Assembly (NCBI GenBank): GCA_963668545.1
Contig: OY764868.1
Span: 3,312,578-3,376,577 of the forward strand
DNA length: 64,000 nucleotides
Direction: 5' to 3'
Source: Spirochaetia bacterium
GTDB lineage: Bacteria > Spirochaetota > Spirochaetia > CADAEX01
Below are positions 9,400 through 18,979 of the stretch, in pieces (within the stretch, counting starts at the first letter, position 1; each line of letters begins with the position of its first letter). Below the pieces are notes generated by a model. The model was given only the letters and a program-made list of their open reading frames with translations, did no database searches and had not been told where the DNA came from. The translations under genes and the position numbers were made by a program.

Positions 9400-10182
9400 A
9401 TGAAAAATACAGCCCTCATCACAGGGGCAAGCAGCGGAATAGGAAGGGAGCTGGCAAGGATACATGCTGAAAGAGGCGGAGACCTTGTTATTGCAGCAAG
9501 AAGCAGGGACAGGCTTGAAAAACTGAAATCCGAGCTTGAAACGTCCTTTGGTGTTGAAGTAATTGTTATTGTCAAGGATCTGACCCGGCCGGAAGCTCCG
9601 GAGGAAATTTTCACTGAACTGAGAAACTCGGGAACAGAGATTGATTACCTTATAAACAATGCAGGTTTCGGAGGCCTGGGAAAATTCCATGAAAGGGAAT
9701 GGGAAAAAGACAGTGCAATGATCAGTCTGAATATCACAGCTCTCACTGCCCTTACAAGATTGTTCCTTCCCGGTTTTGTGAAAAGAAAAAGCGGAAAGAT
9801 TCTCAATATATCATCAACTGCCAGTCTCATGCCCGGACCTCTCCAGGCGGTTTACTATGCGACAAAAGCCTATGTAACATCATTCAGCAATGCACTTGCA
9901 GAGGAACTGAACGGCACAGGAGTCACAGTAACAGCCCTGCTCCCGGGTGCGACAGATACAGGCTTCGGCAGTATTTCAGGTATGGACAGGACAAGTCTGT
10001 TTGCAGAACCTGCATCCCCCCGCAGGGTTGCCGGGGACGGATACAGGGGAATGCTTGAAGGGAAACTCAATGTTGTCTCAGGTGTGAGGTTTTCACAGAA
10101 AGTAATGATTTCACTTATTCCGTTTCTGCCGAAAAAGATTATCCTCAGGCAGATCCACAGGATGCAGAAACCAATTCCCTGA
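9400..10182 (+). CDS. SDR family short-chain dehydrogenase/reductase
   Basis: TGASSGIGRELA Rossmann motif and a YxxxK active site (YYATKAY). Start set at the MKNT Met, which has an upstream GGGGA RBS. Confidence 0.8.
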   Translation: MKNTALITGASSGIGRELARIHAERGGDLVIAARSRDRLEKLKSELETSFGVEVIVIVKDLTRPEAPEEIFTELRNSGTEIDYLINNAGFGGLGKFHEREWEKDSAMISLNITALTALTRLFLPGFVKRKSGKILNISSTASLMPGPLQAVYYATKAYVTSFSNALAEELNGTGVTVTALLPGATDTGFGSISGMDRTSLFAEPASPRRVAGDGYRGMLEGKLNVVSGVRFSQKVMISLIPFLPKKIILRQIHRMQKPIP

Positions 10183-10201
10183 CATATTAAAGGAGAGAGA
10201 A

Positions 10202-11170
10202 ATGAAAGCTTCTTTTTACGACAGGTACGGACCGCCTGAAATACTCAAGGTAAAGGAAATTGAAAAGCCCATCCCCGGGGACAGTGAGGTTCTTGTAAAA
10301 ATCCATGCGGCAACAGTCAACAGAACAGACTGCGCCACTGTCAGGGCAAAACCCTTTTTCATGAGACTGGTAACAGGACTTCTTAAACCCAGGATCAATG
10401 TAACAGGAACTGATTTTGCAGGAACAGTGGAAGAGACAGGCAGGGATGTCATGGGATTCTCAAAGGGTGACAGGGTTTTCGGATTCAATGACACAGGTGT
10501 TGCATCACATACGGAATATCTTGTCATCAGCGGAACCGGGGGAATTGAGCACATGCCTGACAGCATATCGTTCAGTGAAGCTGCAGCAAGCTGTGAAGGG
10601 GTACACTATGCAATTAATTTCATCAACAAGGTAGACCTCAGGGAAGGGGACAAGGTACTGGTATACGGGGCATCAGGTGCAATAGGATCTGCGGCTGTCC
10701 AGCTCCTTAAAAACAGAAATGCTGATATAACAGCGGTATGCGGAACAGAGAATATTGAACGCATCAGATCTCTGGGAATTGAAAATGTCATTGATTATGA
10801 GAAAGAGGATTTTACAAAAGTCAGCACAAGATACAGGTTTATTTTTGATACTGTCGGAAAAAGTTCCTTTTTCATATGCAGGCATCTGATGGAACCTGAC
10901 GGGGCCTATATATCATCAGAGCTGGGACATTTTGGACAGAATGTTTTTCTCGCCTTAGTAACCCCTCTTTTCAGAAAAAGAACAGTCAGGTTCCCCTACC
11001 CCGACAATATCAAAGCCACCCTTGAAATAATGAAATCACTCCTTGAAACAGGCCGGTTTAAACCCCTTATTGACAGGGAATATACACTTGATCAGATAAG
11101 CGAGGCATTCAGGTATGCTGAATCAGGAACAAAGACAGGTAATGTGATTCTGAGTATAGATGATAATTAA
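10202..11170 (+). CDS. Zinc-binding alcohol dehydrogenase / MDR-family NAD(P)H quinone oxidoreductase
   Basis: GroES-like N-terminus (EVLVKIHAATVNRTD) and a Rossmann motif VLVYGASGAIGSAAVQL. RBS AAAGGAGAGAGA upstream. Confidence 0.8.
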   Translation: MKASFYDRYGPPEILKVKEIEKPIPGDSEVLVKIHAATVNRTDCATVRAKPFFMRLVTGLLKPRINVTGTDFAGTVEETGRDVMGFSKGDRVFGFNDTGVASHTEYLVISGTGGIEHMPDSISFSEAAASCEGVHYAINFINKVDLREGDKVLVYGASGAIGSAAVQLLKNRNADITAVCGTENIERIRSLGIENVIDYEKEDFTKVSTRYRFIFDTVGKSSFFICRHLMEPDGAYISSELGHFGQNVFLALVTPLFRKRTVRFPYPDNIKATLEIMKSLLETGRFKPLIDREYTLDQISEAFRYAESGTKTGNVILSIDDN

Positions 11171-11273
11171 TGCACTCTGCCCGGGTTTTCTTTATTTCTG
11201 GCTGAAACAATTGTATGATACAGAAAACGTTGTTTTATCTTAGTTCAGAATCCTTTAAAAGGAGAACCAGGCA

Positions 11274-12167
11274 ATGCCGTATTTAAAAAATATCAAGAAG
11301 AATATAAAATTACTGGAAAAGGAAAGTAAAAAAGATGAAGCTGAAAAACAGCTGCGAAGAGAGGGTAAGGAGGCAATTGGGCCGCTTGCTGAATCGATCA
11401 TAGTGAAAGACAAAAGCAATGAGGTCAAACTTGACCTCCTTGGCAAACTGGTACTGAATCATGGTACAGATATGCTTACTGCAAAACTCGACGAACTGTA
11501 TAAAAGCAGGCAGAAGTATCATTCAAAGATTGCATGGCTTGCATGGAGAATAAAACTGAGAGAGGCTTCAGGCCTGATGCTGAAGATACTGGAAGGAAAA
11601 GATAAAAACTATGCTTTTACAGCTCTGACTGACTGGGATATACAGATTGATTTTGAGACAATAAAAAAACTTGTTGTTCACCCAAGTACAAAAAACAGTT
11701 CTATAAAAGCGCTCGGAAATCACAATACACAGGAATCAAGAGATATGGCGGAAAGCTTTCTGCTGGATGAATACGAATCTGCCAGGGAGGAAGCCTATAA
11801 AACCCTTTCAAAAATCGGTACAAGGGAAACCCTCTACAAACTTGCAGGAAAAGGGGTTCCTGAAAACAGATATTTCAGGGATGCTGTCAGATCCATAATA
11901 AAAAGGGAATCTGCTGCAGAAATAGAAGAAGAGATCCTGAAACTGGAAAAAATAGGCAATTCAGAAGGTTTTTTGTCCCTTGCCCCGGGAGGCAGTTTCA
12001 ACGAAAACTGCAGAAACAAAGCAGCTGTTGAAATCGGTTTAAAACTGAACAGAAAAGGGGGCAGGGAAAGCATGGAACTTGCAGCACTGGGAATAACACT
12101 CCTTACAGGCGCTGTCTCCGGAAGAGAGCTTGAGGCAGCATGGAAAGGAATCGGAACATGGTACTGA
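11274..12167 (+). CDS. Hypothetical alpha-helical repeat (HEAT/PBS-lyase-like) protein
   Basis: 297 aa, charged and helical, with repeated ...AL(G)KIG... units. RBS AAAGGAGAA upstream. No catalytic motif recognised. Confidence 0.35.
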   Translation: MPYLKNIKKNIKLLEKESKKDEAEKQLRREGKEAIGPLAESIIVKDKSNEVKLDLLGKLVLNHGTDMLTAKLDELYKSRQKYHSKIAWLAWRIKLREASGLMLKILEGKDKNYAFTALTDWDIQIDFETIKKLVVHPSTKNSSIKALGNHNTQESRDMAESFLLDEYESAREEAYKTLSKIGTRETLYKLAGKGVPENRYFRDAVRSIIKRESAAEIEEEILKLEKIGNSEGFLSLAPGGSFNENCRNKAAVEIGLKLNRKGGRESMELAALGITLLTGAVSGRELEAAWKGIGTWY

Positions 12168-12329
12168 AAAAGATTAAAAAAGATATTCATAACCCGTACT
12201 TTGTATGATATTCTGATTATATAGAGGCATTATTTAATCAGGCAGAGTTCAATCTTCCATATTAAAAAGAAAGACAACCCTTCCTGATATGAGAGGCTCA
12301 CAGTAATATCAGAACATCAGGAGGAAATC

Positions 12330-12758
12330 ATGGCTATCGATAAAAACTGCATGTACTGCATGAGGGACAGCAGGGTATCAGATCTTATGCTTGAAATAGC
12401 AGAACTTAAAGTATCAACTTTCTATTTCTTCAGGGAACAGACCCATCCGGGGAGATGCATAATTGCATTCAACAGGGGACACAAGGGGGAAATTTTCGAA
12501 CTTACAGAAGAAGAGAGAAAAGACCTTATTGATGATCTTGCAAAAGCTTCAAATGCAGTTCAGAAGGTTTTTAATCCCGACAAAATCAATTACGCATCTT
12601 TCGGGGACAAAGGGCCACATATTCATTTTCATATTGTTCCAAAATACAGGGACGGGGTAAAATGGGGAGAAATCTTCGATATGATGCCTGAGAATAAAGT
12701 ATATATTGAAGATGCAGAATACAAAAAGTTTGTTGCTGCGCTCAAAGCTGAACTTTAA
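12330..12758 (+). CDS. HIT family protein (histidine triad nucleotide hydrolase/transferase)
   Basis: HIT motif GPHIHFHIVPKY and an N-terminal CMYC zinc-binding motif. RBS AGGAGGAAA upstream. Confidence 0.8.
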   Translation: MAIDKNCMYCMRDSRVSDLMLEIAELKVSTFYFFREQTHPGRCIIAFNRGHKGEIFELTEEERKDLIDDLAKASNAVQKVFNPDKINYASFGDKGPHIHFHIVPKYRDGVKWGEIFDMMPENKVYIEDAEYKKFVAALKAEL

Positions 12759-12801
12759 AAAAAACGGGTACTGTTTAATCTAACAGTACCCGTTTTTTTT
12801 C
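12756..12801. terminator. Bidirectional rho-independent terminator between the HIT gene (+) and uspA (-)
   Basis: Perfect 12-bp stem acgggtactgtt / aacagtacccgt with a 6-nt loop, flanked by an A8 run 5' and a T8 run 3'. Confidence 0.8.
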
Positions 12802-12805
12802 TTTA

Positions 12806-13270
12806 TTAAACATCTTCAGCTGTTTCAGGGACTACAAGCACAGGGCAGACAGCCTTCCTTATCAGCTTTTCAGTATAGTTTCCAAGCATTCTGTTAATAA
12901 TGTTCTTTCCCGCTCCCCTTCCTATGATAATGAGGTCAACCTTCTCGTTTTTCGCTTCCTTCAGTATTTCCTCCCCGACATTCCCGATTACATAGCGGGT
13001 AGACCATTTGATCCCATCTGGCAGGAGAGGAACATAATCCTCTTTGATCTTTCTGTCGATATCATGCTTTGCCTTTATATCCACATCATCCACTTCATAG
13101 ATATAGGACTTCCAGAACTGGGCATCTGGCTCGGGAATAACATGAAACATTATTATCTCACAGCCGGTATTTCCGGCTGCAATATTAAGTGTGTAATGGA
13201 ATGCTTTCATCGCATCAGTATTAAAGTCTGTGCAGAAAAGTATTTTACTGAAAATATTTCTGTAAGGCAT
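12806..13270 (-). CDS. Universal stress protein (UspA family)
   Basis: ATP-binding motif DLIIIGRGAGKN...GNYTEKLIRKAVCPVLVV. Confidence 0.8.
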   Translation of the reverse strand: MPYRNIFSKILFCTDFNTDAMKAFHYTLNIAAGNTGCEIIMFHVIPEPDAQFWKSYIYEVDDVDIKAKHDIDRKIKEDYVPLLPDGIKWSTRYVIGNVGEEILKEAKNEKVDLIIIGRGAGKNIINRMLGNYTEKLIRKAVCPVLVVPETAEDV

Positions 13271-13284
13271 TTAAAACTCCTTAT

Positions 13285-14586
13285 CTAATGCAGAAGGTTC
13301 GGAAGAAAAAGGCATAAATCCGGAACCAGAATCAGAATAAGTGCGGAAATAATAAGCATCATTAAAAACGGAATCGCACCCTTGAAAATAACAGGAAGCG
13401 GAATATCCCTTTCCATTCCGCTCACGACATAAACATTAACACCTACAGGAGGAGTAATAACCCCCATCTGGGTTATCACAACAACAATTACACCGAACCA
13501 TACAGGATCAAAGCCTAGTTCAAGAACAACAGGGTAGAATATCGGTATGGTGAGAAGTATAAGTGCAAGCGCATCAATTATGCATCCTGCTGCAAGGAAA
13601 AACAGGATAATAACCATCATTATCATCCATCCCGGAAGGGGAAGAGACACAAAAAACTCGGCAGCGGCAAAAGGGATACGGGAAACAGCAAGAAACCTGC
13701 CGAATATTACAGCCCCTGCAACAATAAAGAATATCATACTTGATGTCCGTACTGTTTCAAGGATGATCTGTCTGATCTTGTGCATGTTAAGTTCTTTCTG
13801 GAAAAAAGCAATTGCAAAACTTCCTGCAGCTCCGATTGCAGCGGCTTCTATGGGGGTGAAAAAGCCGAAAAACATCCCCCCCATCACAAGGAGGAAGAGG
13901 ATTATTGTTTCAATGACACCGTTCAGGGAATGAAGCCTCTCTTTCCAGGAATGCTTCGGGCCTGCAGGGCCGAGCTTATTATCTTTTGAACACCTTATAT
14001 ATATATTGATGCAGAAAAGTACTGTAATCATGATTCCGGGTACAATACCGGCAAGAAAAAGGCTTCCTATGGACTGTTCTGTCATCAGCGCATAAACAAT
14101 AAAAACAACTGAGGGGGGGATAAGCATTCCAAGCGATCCTCCCGAGGCTACAGTCCCGGAGGCCAGGGAATCTGCATATCCGTATCTTTTCATCTCAGGA
14201 AGGGCAACCGCCGCCATGGTCGCTGCTGTTGCAGGCCCGGAACCGCATATTGCACCGAACCCTGCACAGGCGCCTACAGTTGCCATTGCAAGTCCCCCTT
14301 TCAGGTGGCCTATCCAGACATATGCAGAGTGGAATAATCTCCTGCTTATACCTGCGTGAAAAGATACCTGCCCCATCATTACAAAAAGGGGAATTACGGT
14401 AAGCCCGTATGATGAAAAAGTCTCAAAGAGGTCTGCTGTAACCATGCTGAATGCGGCATGGGGCGAAATTATCATTGAGAATCCGATAACACCTGCTGCA
14501 AGCATTGCAAATGCAACCGGCATACTTGTAAGAAGCAGGGCAAAAAGAATAAAACAACCGAAAATACCGATCTGAACAGGACTCAT
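13285..14586 (-). CDS. dctM: TRAP transporter large permease subunit (DctM family)
   Basis: 433 aa, about 12 TM helices. Start overlaps the upstream dctQ stop by 4 nt. Confidence 0.9.
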   Translation of the reverse strand: MSPVQIGIFGCFILFALLLTSMPVAFAMLAAGVIGFSMIISPHAAFSMVTADLFETFSSYGLTVIPLFVMMGQVSFHAGISRRLFHSAYVWIGHLKGGLAMATVGACAGFGAICGSGPATAATMAAVALPEMKRYGYADSLASGTVASGGSLGMLIPPSVVFIVYALMTEQSIGSLFLAGIVPGIMITVLFCINIYIRCSKDNKLGPAGPKHSWKERLHSLNGVIETIILFLLVMGGMFFGFFTPIEAAAIGAAGSFAIAFFQKELNMHKIRQIILETVRTSSMIFFIVAGAVIFGRFLAVSRIPFAAAEFFVSLPLPGWMIMMVIILFFLAAGCIIDALALILLTIPIFYPVVLELGFDPVWFGVIVVVITQMGVITPPVGVNVYVVSGMERDIPLPVIFKGAIPFLMMLIISALILILVPDLCLFLPNLLH

Positions 14587-15065
14587 GGCTTTATCAGCTC
14601 CTTTCCGGGGTGTACAAGGTGATATGTAAAAACAACCATCATCAGGAAGCAGTTAAAACTGATCAGCATGGGGATCCAGAAAACAGGAAGACCCAGATTG
14701 GGAAAGACCTCCCCTGAATTGAAAAGTGAAATTCCGTGCTGAAATATTTTAACAGAAAGGACACCGAAAATCATGAGAGAGGCAAGTCTCAGTATGGTAT
14801 CAAGAATTATCCTCCAGAACCTACCGCATTTGTGATAGAAAAACTCTATCGCTATATGCCCCTTTACAGCAGTGAGATAGGGAAGAGCACATGAGACAGC
14901 AACAGCACCGCATGCCCTGACCAGGTCATATGCTCCTGTAATTCCGGTGTTGAAAATTCTCATTACAACATCAAGAACTGTTATTACAATCATCAGAAGA
15001 ATAGCAGCGCCTGCAATATATGCAAGCGCAATAATTATTCTGCTTATAAGGGAAAAAATCTTCAT
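14583..15065 (-). CDS. dctQ: TRAP transporter small permease subunit (DctQ family)
   Basis: 160 aa, 4 TM helices, between dctP and dctM. Confidence 0.8.
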   Translation of the reverse strand: MKIFSLISRIIIALAYIAGAAILLMIVITVLDVVMRIFNTGITGAYDLVRACGAVAVSCALPYLTAVKGHIAIEFFYHKCGRFWRIILDTILRLASLMIFGVLSVKIFQHGISLFNSGEVFPNLGLPVFWIPMLISFNCFLMMVVFTYHLVHPGKELIKP

Positions 15066-15067
15066 TT

Positions 15068-16090
15068 CTATTTCAGCATTGCCTTGATATCTTTAAGGAA
15101 ATCAGAGCCCGGAAGACCTTTGGATTCAGCAGCATCAACATATTCTTTGTAAACAGGCTCCATTGCAGCTGTAAGCTTGCTGTTTTCACTGTCGCTGAGG
15201 GAAATAAAAGTCTTGCCCAGCTCCTTTACAAATGCGTCCCCCTGTCTGTCGCTTTCATCCCAGGCTTCTCCCTGTCTGATAATCCATTCATTGCTTACTT
15301 CTGTCATAACAGACTGCAGATCTTCAGGAAGTGACTCCCATTTCGCCTTGTTCATTACAACAAACATTGAGGTTGTGTATCCGACAGCCTTTGTATCAAT
15401 TACATAATCAATAACCTCGCCCTGCTTCCACCCCTTGAGAGTTTCAACCGGACAGAAGGTTGCATCAACAACTCCTTTCTGGAGGGCTTCATAGGTATCC
15501 CCCTGGCTCATTGAAACAGGAGTTCCTCCGACAGCGGAAACTATTTTTGCGGAAAGGCCTGTAGCCCTTATTTTCATGCTGCTCATATCTGATACAGATT
15601 CAGCTTTTTTGCGGCTTGCAAGTATGCCGGGGCCGTGAGCATGAAGATATAATACATGAACACCTGAAAGCTCTTCAGGCTGATATTTATTTACCATTTC
15701 ATTGGCAATTTTAGTGGCTGTTACACCGTCCGGATAACCAAGGGGTAGATCAAGCCCCTCGAGAAGAGGGAATCTTCCTCTTGTATATGCAAAAACACTC
15801 ATACCGATATCAGCTACGCCAGTTTCCACAGCTTCATAAGTCTGAGCTGCCTTTGTCAGAGTGCCTCCGTGGAAAAGAGCTATTTTAATTCTTCCTTTTG
15901 AACGGGCTTCAACTTCCTTTGCCCATTCCTCTGCTGTCCTGGCCTGTAAGTGTGTTGCAGGAAAAAAGACTGCATAATTGAATTCGTATGTCTTGTCATC
16001 AGCCCTGGCGGCCGCTTCATCGTTCTTTTTACTGCAGCCGGAAAGCAGTATCAGAACTGTTAATAATAAGAGTGTTGTGATCTTTTTCAT
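15068..16090 (-). CDS. dctP: TRAP transporter substrate-binding lipoprotein (DctP family)
   Basis: Lipoprotein signal MKKITTLLLLTVLILLSGC and a DctP-type SBP. Start set at the internal MKK Met; the track ORF extends to 16150. Confidence 0.85.
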   Translation of the reverse strand: MKKITTLLLLTVLILLSGCSKKNDEAAARADDKTYEFNYAVFFPATHLQARTAEEWAKEVEARSKGRIKIALFHGGTLTKAAQTYEAVETGVADIGMSVFAYTRGRFPLLEGLDLPLGYPDGVTATKIANEMVNKYQPEELSGVHVLYLHAHGPGILASRKKAESVSDMSSMKIRATGLSAKIVSAVGGTPVSMSQGDTYEALQKGVVDATFCPVETLKGWKQGEVIDYVIDTKAVGYTTSMFVVMNKAKWESLPEDLQSVMTEVSNEWIIRQGEAWDESDRQGDAFVKELGKTFISLSDSENSKLTAAMEPVYKEYVDAAESKGLPGSDFLKDIKAMLK

Positions 16091-16312
16091 GGTTTCTCCA
16101 TATAGAATTATAATTTTAAAAAGGATATATTGAATTCCCCTTTTTATCAAATGGTTTTACACTTCCATCATGCTTAAATTTTAATAATTATTCGGAAATA
16201 ATGTATAATGATGCAATTCACAATATTTACGGCAGAAAATACGGTTGGGAATAAACATATTCACCGGTACAACACAGAAACAGATAAAAACAGTCACCAT
16301 ACAGGAGAGATC

Positions 16313-16541
16313 ATGGAAATAAGAAAACTTGCCTTCAGCGACCTTGAGCAGCTTGACAGGCTTTATTACCAGTTCTGGGGAGAAAACTCAGACATCGAAA
16401 AAATGAAAAACAGATTCAGGCAAAAACACAGGATTCAAAAAAAAACTGCCTTGAATTTCAGCTGAAAAAAATAACCAGATCAACAGCAGTCAGGAATTAT
16501 TGCACAGTAAATATATAATCCCTGAAAACAGGGGAAGATAA
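16313..16541 (+). pseudogene. Remnant of a GNAT acetyltransferase gene (N-terminus intact with strong RBS, rest truncated and frameshifted)
   Basis: AGGAGAG RBS 4 nt before the ATG at 16313. MEIRKLAFSDLEQLDRLYYQFWGE resembles a GNAT N-terminus and stops after 50 codons. A different frame then gives ...YIIPENRGR*, like GNAT motif A, running into the AraC start codon. Confidence 0.35.
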
Positions 16542-16542
16542 T

Positions 16543-17433
16543 ATGTATGAAGAGGATATACTCAACGAAATTTTTCAGTTTATTGAAACCCACCTTGACA
16601 GGGAAATCACCCTTAAAAAGATCAGTGACAGGATCTGCTATTCAGAGGAATATACCTGCCGCTTCTTCAAAAAGATGACAGGGGAAAACCTGTTTGATCA
16701 TATAAGAAGCAGAAGACTTATCAGGGCAGCTGATGAGCTTGGTACAAACGGCGGGAAAATCATTGATATTGCACTTTCACACGGTTTCAACTCGCCTGAA
16801 GGGTTTTCAAGGGCATTCTCATCATACTTCGGCATGCCGCCCCTCAAATTCCGGAACTGCAGACCGGAAATAAAACATTTCATGCCAAGGGGATACAAAG
16901 TCTACCCTTTGGAAATAAGGGAGAAAAAAATGAAGAAACTGACTGTCTTTACACAGGTTATTGAAAGACCTGAAAGGAAACTCTATCTGGTGCGCGGGGA
17001 AAAGGCGGAAGACTATTTTGAATACTGCGAAGAACTCGGATGCGATATATGGGGACGCCTTCTGGAGGTTGAAAATCCGCTGTATGAACCGGTTGGGGTA
17101 TGGCTTCCGGAGCCTTTCAGAACACAGGGAACATCCTTTTATGCACAGGGGGTGGAAACAGCTGCTGATCATACAGGAAATGTTCCTGAAAACCTTGACT
17201 GCATACTGCTACCCGCATCAGAATACATGGTTTTCCAGAGCGAGCCTTATGAGGAAAGTGATGAAACAATGATGGAGGTTATTCTCCAGGTACAGGATTC
17301 CATAAAGAAATATAACCCGGAAATATACGGCTATGAATGGGCAGAAAACAACGGTCCGAGATTCCAGCTCATGCCGATCGGAGAAAGGGGTTATATTGAA
17401 GGACTTCCAGTGAAACGGAAGAAGCAGGGATAG
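16543..17433 (+). CDS. AraC-family transcriptional regulator with GyrI-like small-molecule-binding C-terminal domain
   Basis: N-terminal AraC HTH region (DREITLKKISDRICYSEEYTCRFFKKMTGENLFDHIRSRRLIRAADEL). The C-terminal roughly 170 aa matches the GyrI/Rob effector-domain architecture. Confidence 0.75.
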   Translation: MYEEDILNEIFQFIETHLDREITLKKISDRICYSEEYTCRFFKKMTGENLFDHIRSRRLIRAADELGTNGGKIIDIALSHGFNSPEGFSRAFSSYFGMPPLKFRNCRPEIKHFMPRGYKVYPLEIREKKMKKLTVFTQVIERPERKLYLVRGEKAEDYFEYCEELGCDIWGRLLEVENPLYEPVGVWLPEPFRTQGTSFYAQGVETAADHTGNVPENLDCILLPASEYMVFQSEPYEESDETMMEVILQVQDSIKKYNPEIYGYEWAENNGPRFQLMPIGERGYIEGLPVKRKKQG

Positions 17434-17446
17434 ATAAAAATACTTA

Positions 17447-17490
17447 CCCCCGGACAGCTTCAGATAATGATTTATCCGGGGGATCCTTTC
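17447..17490 (+). terminator. Possible weak terminator after the AraC/GyrI gene
   Basis: 8-bp GC stem cccccgga / tccggggg around a 20-nt loop, then a poor T tract (atcctttc). Confidence 0.25.
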
Positions 17491-17648
17491 ACAGGCTCCG
17501 CCGGCATGTACTGTTAAAACAGAAACAATATTGCAGATTTTTAAAAAAGTTGAAACATGATACAGATCCTGTAAAACCCCGATATAAAAATTAATTCTCT
17601 TTGATTTCCGGTGTTTCTGTATTAATCTGATTTAAAAGGATAAATATT

Positions 17649-18389
17649 TTGAATGAAATACTTAAACAGATAAAAGAGAGAAAATCTGTAAGAATTTTTC
17701 AAAGAAAAGATATTCCTCCGGAGGTGAAGGAAGAAATACTGCAGTCTGCCTTCGAAGCCCCGACTGCAGGCTCCATGATGCTTTACACCATAATTGATAT
17801 CACTGATCAGAAGCTGAAAGATAAACTTGCAGTCAGCTGTGATAACCAGATGTTTATTGCTGAAGCCCCACTTGTCCTTATCTTTCTGGCAGACTACCAG
17901 AAGTGGTATGACATGTTTCTGTTCAGCAGCTGCAGCCCGAGGAAACCAGGAGAAGGAGACCTGATGCTGGCAATATCTGACGCCCTGATAGCTGCCCAGA
18001 ACACAGTACTTGCTGCAGGATCCATGGGACTCGGATCATGCTATATCGGGGATATCATGGAAAACTGCGGGAAAGTGAGAGACATGCTTGATCTCCCGGA
18101 TTATGTATTTCCTGCAGCCATGGTTGTTTACGGATACCCTTCAGAAAACCAGAAAAAAAGAAATAAACCTGTCCGTTTTGAAAAAAGTTATATTGTAAGT
18201 GAAAACAGATACAGAAAACTTAAAGGAGAGGAAATCTCTGCATACCATGATGCAAGGAATAACAAATCAGGAAAGATAAATCCCGAAACAATTGAAGCTT
18301 TCTGCAAGCGCAAGTACATGTCGGATTTTTCCATTGAAATGAACAGGTCAGTATCTGAATATCTTAAAAACTTCAGGAATAATACCTGA
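17649..18389 (+). CDS. Nitroreductase family protein (TTG start)
   Basis: ERKSVRIFQRKDIPPEVKEEIL plus a CYIGDI region are typical of nitroreductases. In-frame TTG at 17649 with an AAAGGA RBS about 9 nt upstream. There is no upstream in-frame ATG. Confidence 0.7.
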   Translation: MNEILKQIKERKSVRIFQRKDIPPEVKEEILQSAFEAPTAGSMMLYTIIDITDQKLKDKLAVSCDNQMFIAEAPLVLIFLADYQKWYDMFLFSSCSPRKPGEGDLMLAISDALIAAQNTVLAAGSMGLGSCYIGDIMENCGKVRDMLDLPDYVFPAAMVVYGYPSENQKKRNKPVRFEKSYIVSENRYRKLKGEEISAYHDARNNKSGKINPETIEAFCKRKYMSDFSIEMNRSVSEYLKNFRNNT

Positions 18390-18407
18390 AAAGAAGAGAG
18401 TCATATT

Positions 18408-18911
18408 GTGAATAAAAAAGTAATAATAAATGACAGCATGCAGAAAGGTTATTATTATCTTACAGAACCTGAAGGGGAAAACTTTGCAGAAGATTTCCTT
18501 CCGGAACTCAGCCCGAAAGAGATGCTTGAACTGGGAGTCTTCGGAGGGAAATACCTTACAGACTGCAGGGGGGAATTCCCCGAAAACTGGTTTGAAAAAG
18601 CAAAGCTTTCTCCCGGGAAAAAGGACATATCATTAAACTTTTTCATGGTTGATGCATCTCTTCCCCTCAAAGCATGGCAGGACAGGGGATGGATACATCC
18701 GGCAGATCCCAGGGGATGGTTTCAGTGGTACTGCCGCTACTATATGGGGCGGAGGATGGAAGAAGAGGACAGAAGACAGATCAACAGGTGGAAGGCAATG
18801 AAACGCCATATCGGGCAGATAAGAAAAAACTGCAGAAAAGGGGATATTGAGTGCAGAAAAAAACAGAGGCAGGCACTTCTCCACTGGGCTTATGACAGCA
18901 GAAAATTCTAG
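18408..18911 (+). CDS. Hypothetical Trp/Arg-rich protein (GTG start), unknown function
   Basis: 167 aa, 18 nt after the nitroreductase. Contains RGWIHPADPRGWFQWYCRYYMGRR. No family recognised. Confidence 0.4.
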   Translation: MNKKVIINDSMQKGYYYLTEPEGENFAEDFLPELSPKEMLELGVFGGKYLTDCRGEFPENWFEKAKLSPGKKDISLNFFMVDASLPLKAWQDRGWIHPADPRGWFQWYCRYYMGRRMEEEDRRQINRWKAMKRHIGQIRKNCRKGDIECRKKQRQALLHWAYDSRKF

Positions 18912-18979
18912 TCAATATTTATTCTGATATTTGCAATTATGCTGTCATCTGGCCTATATTAATAAATAAGGATTTAAAA

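Noticed and set aside
16208-16312. Upstream part of track ORF 16208..16465 (MMQFTIFTAENTVGNKHIHRYNTETDKNSHHTGEI…)
   Set aside because: It has no RBS and no homology. The real translational signal (AGGAGAG) is at 16303-16309, in front of the internal Met at 16313, so only the downstream part is treated as a GNAT remnant.
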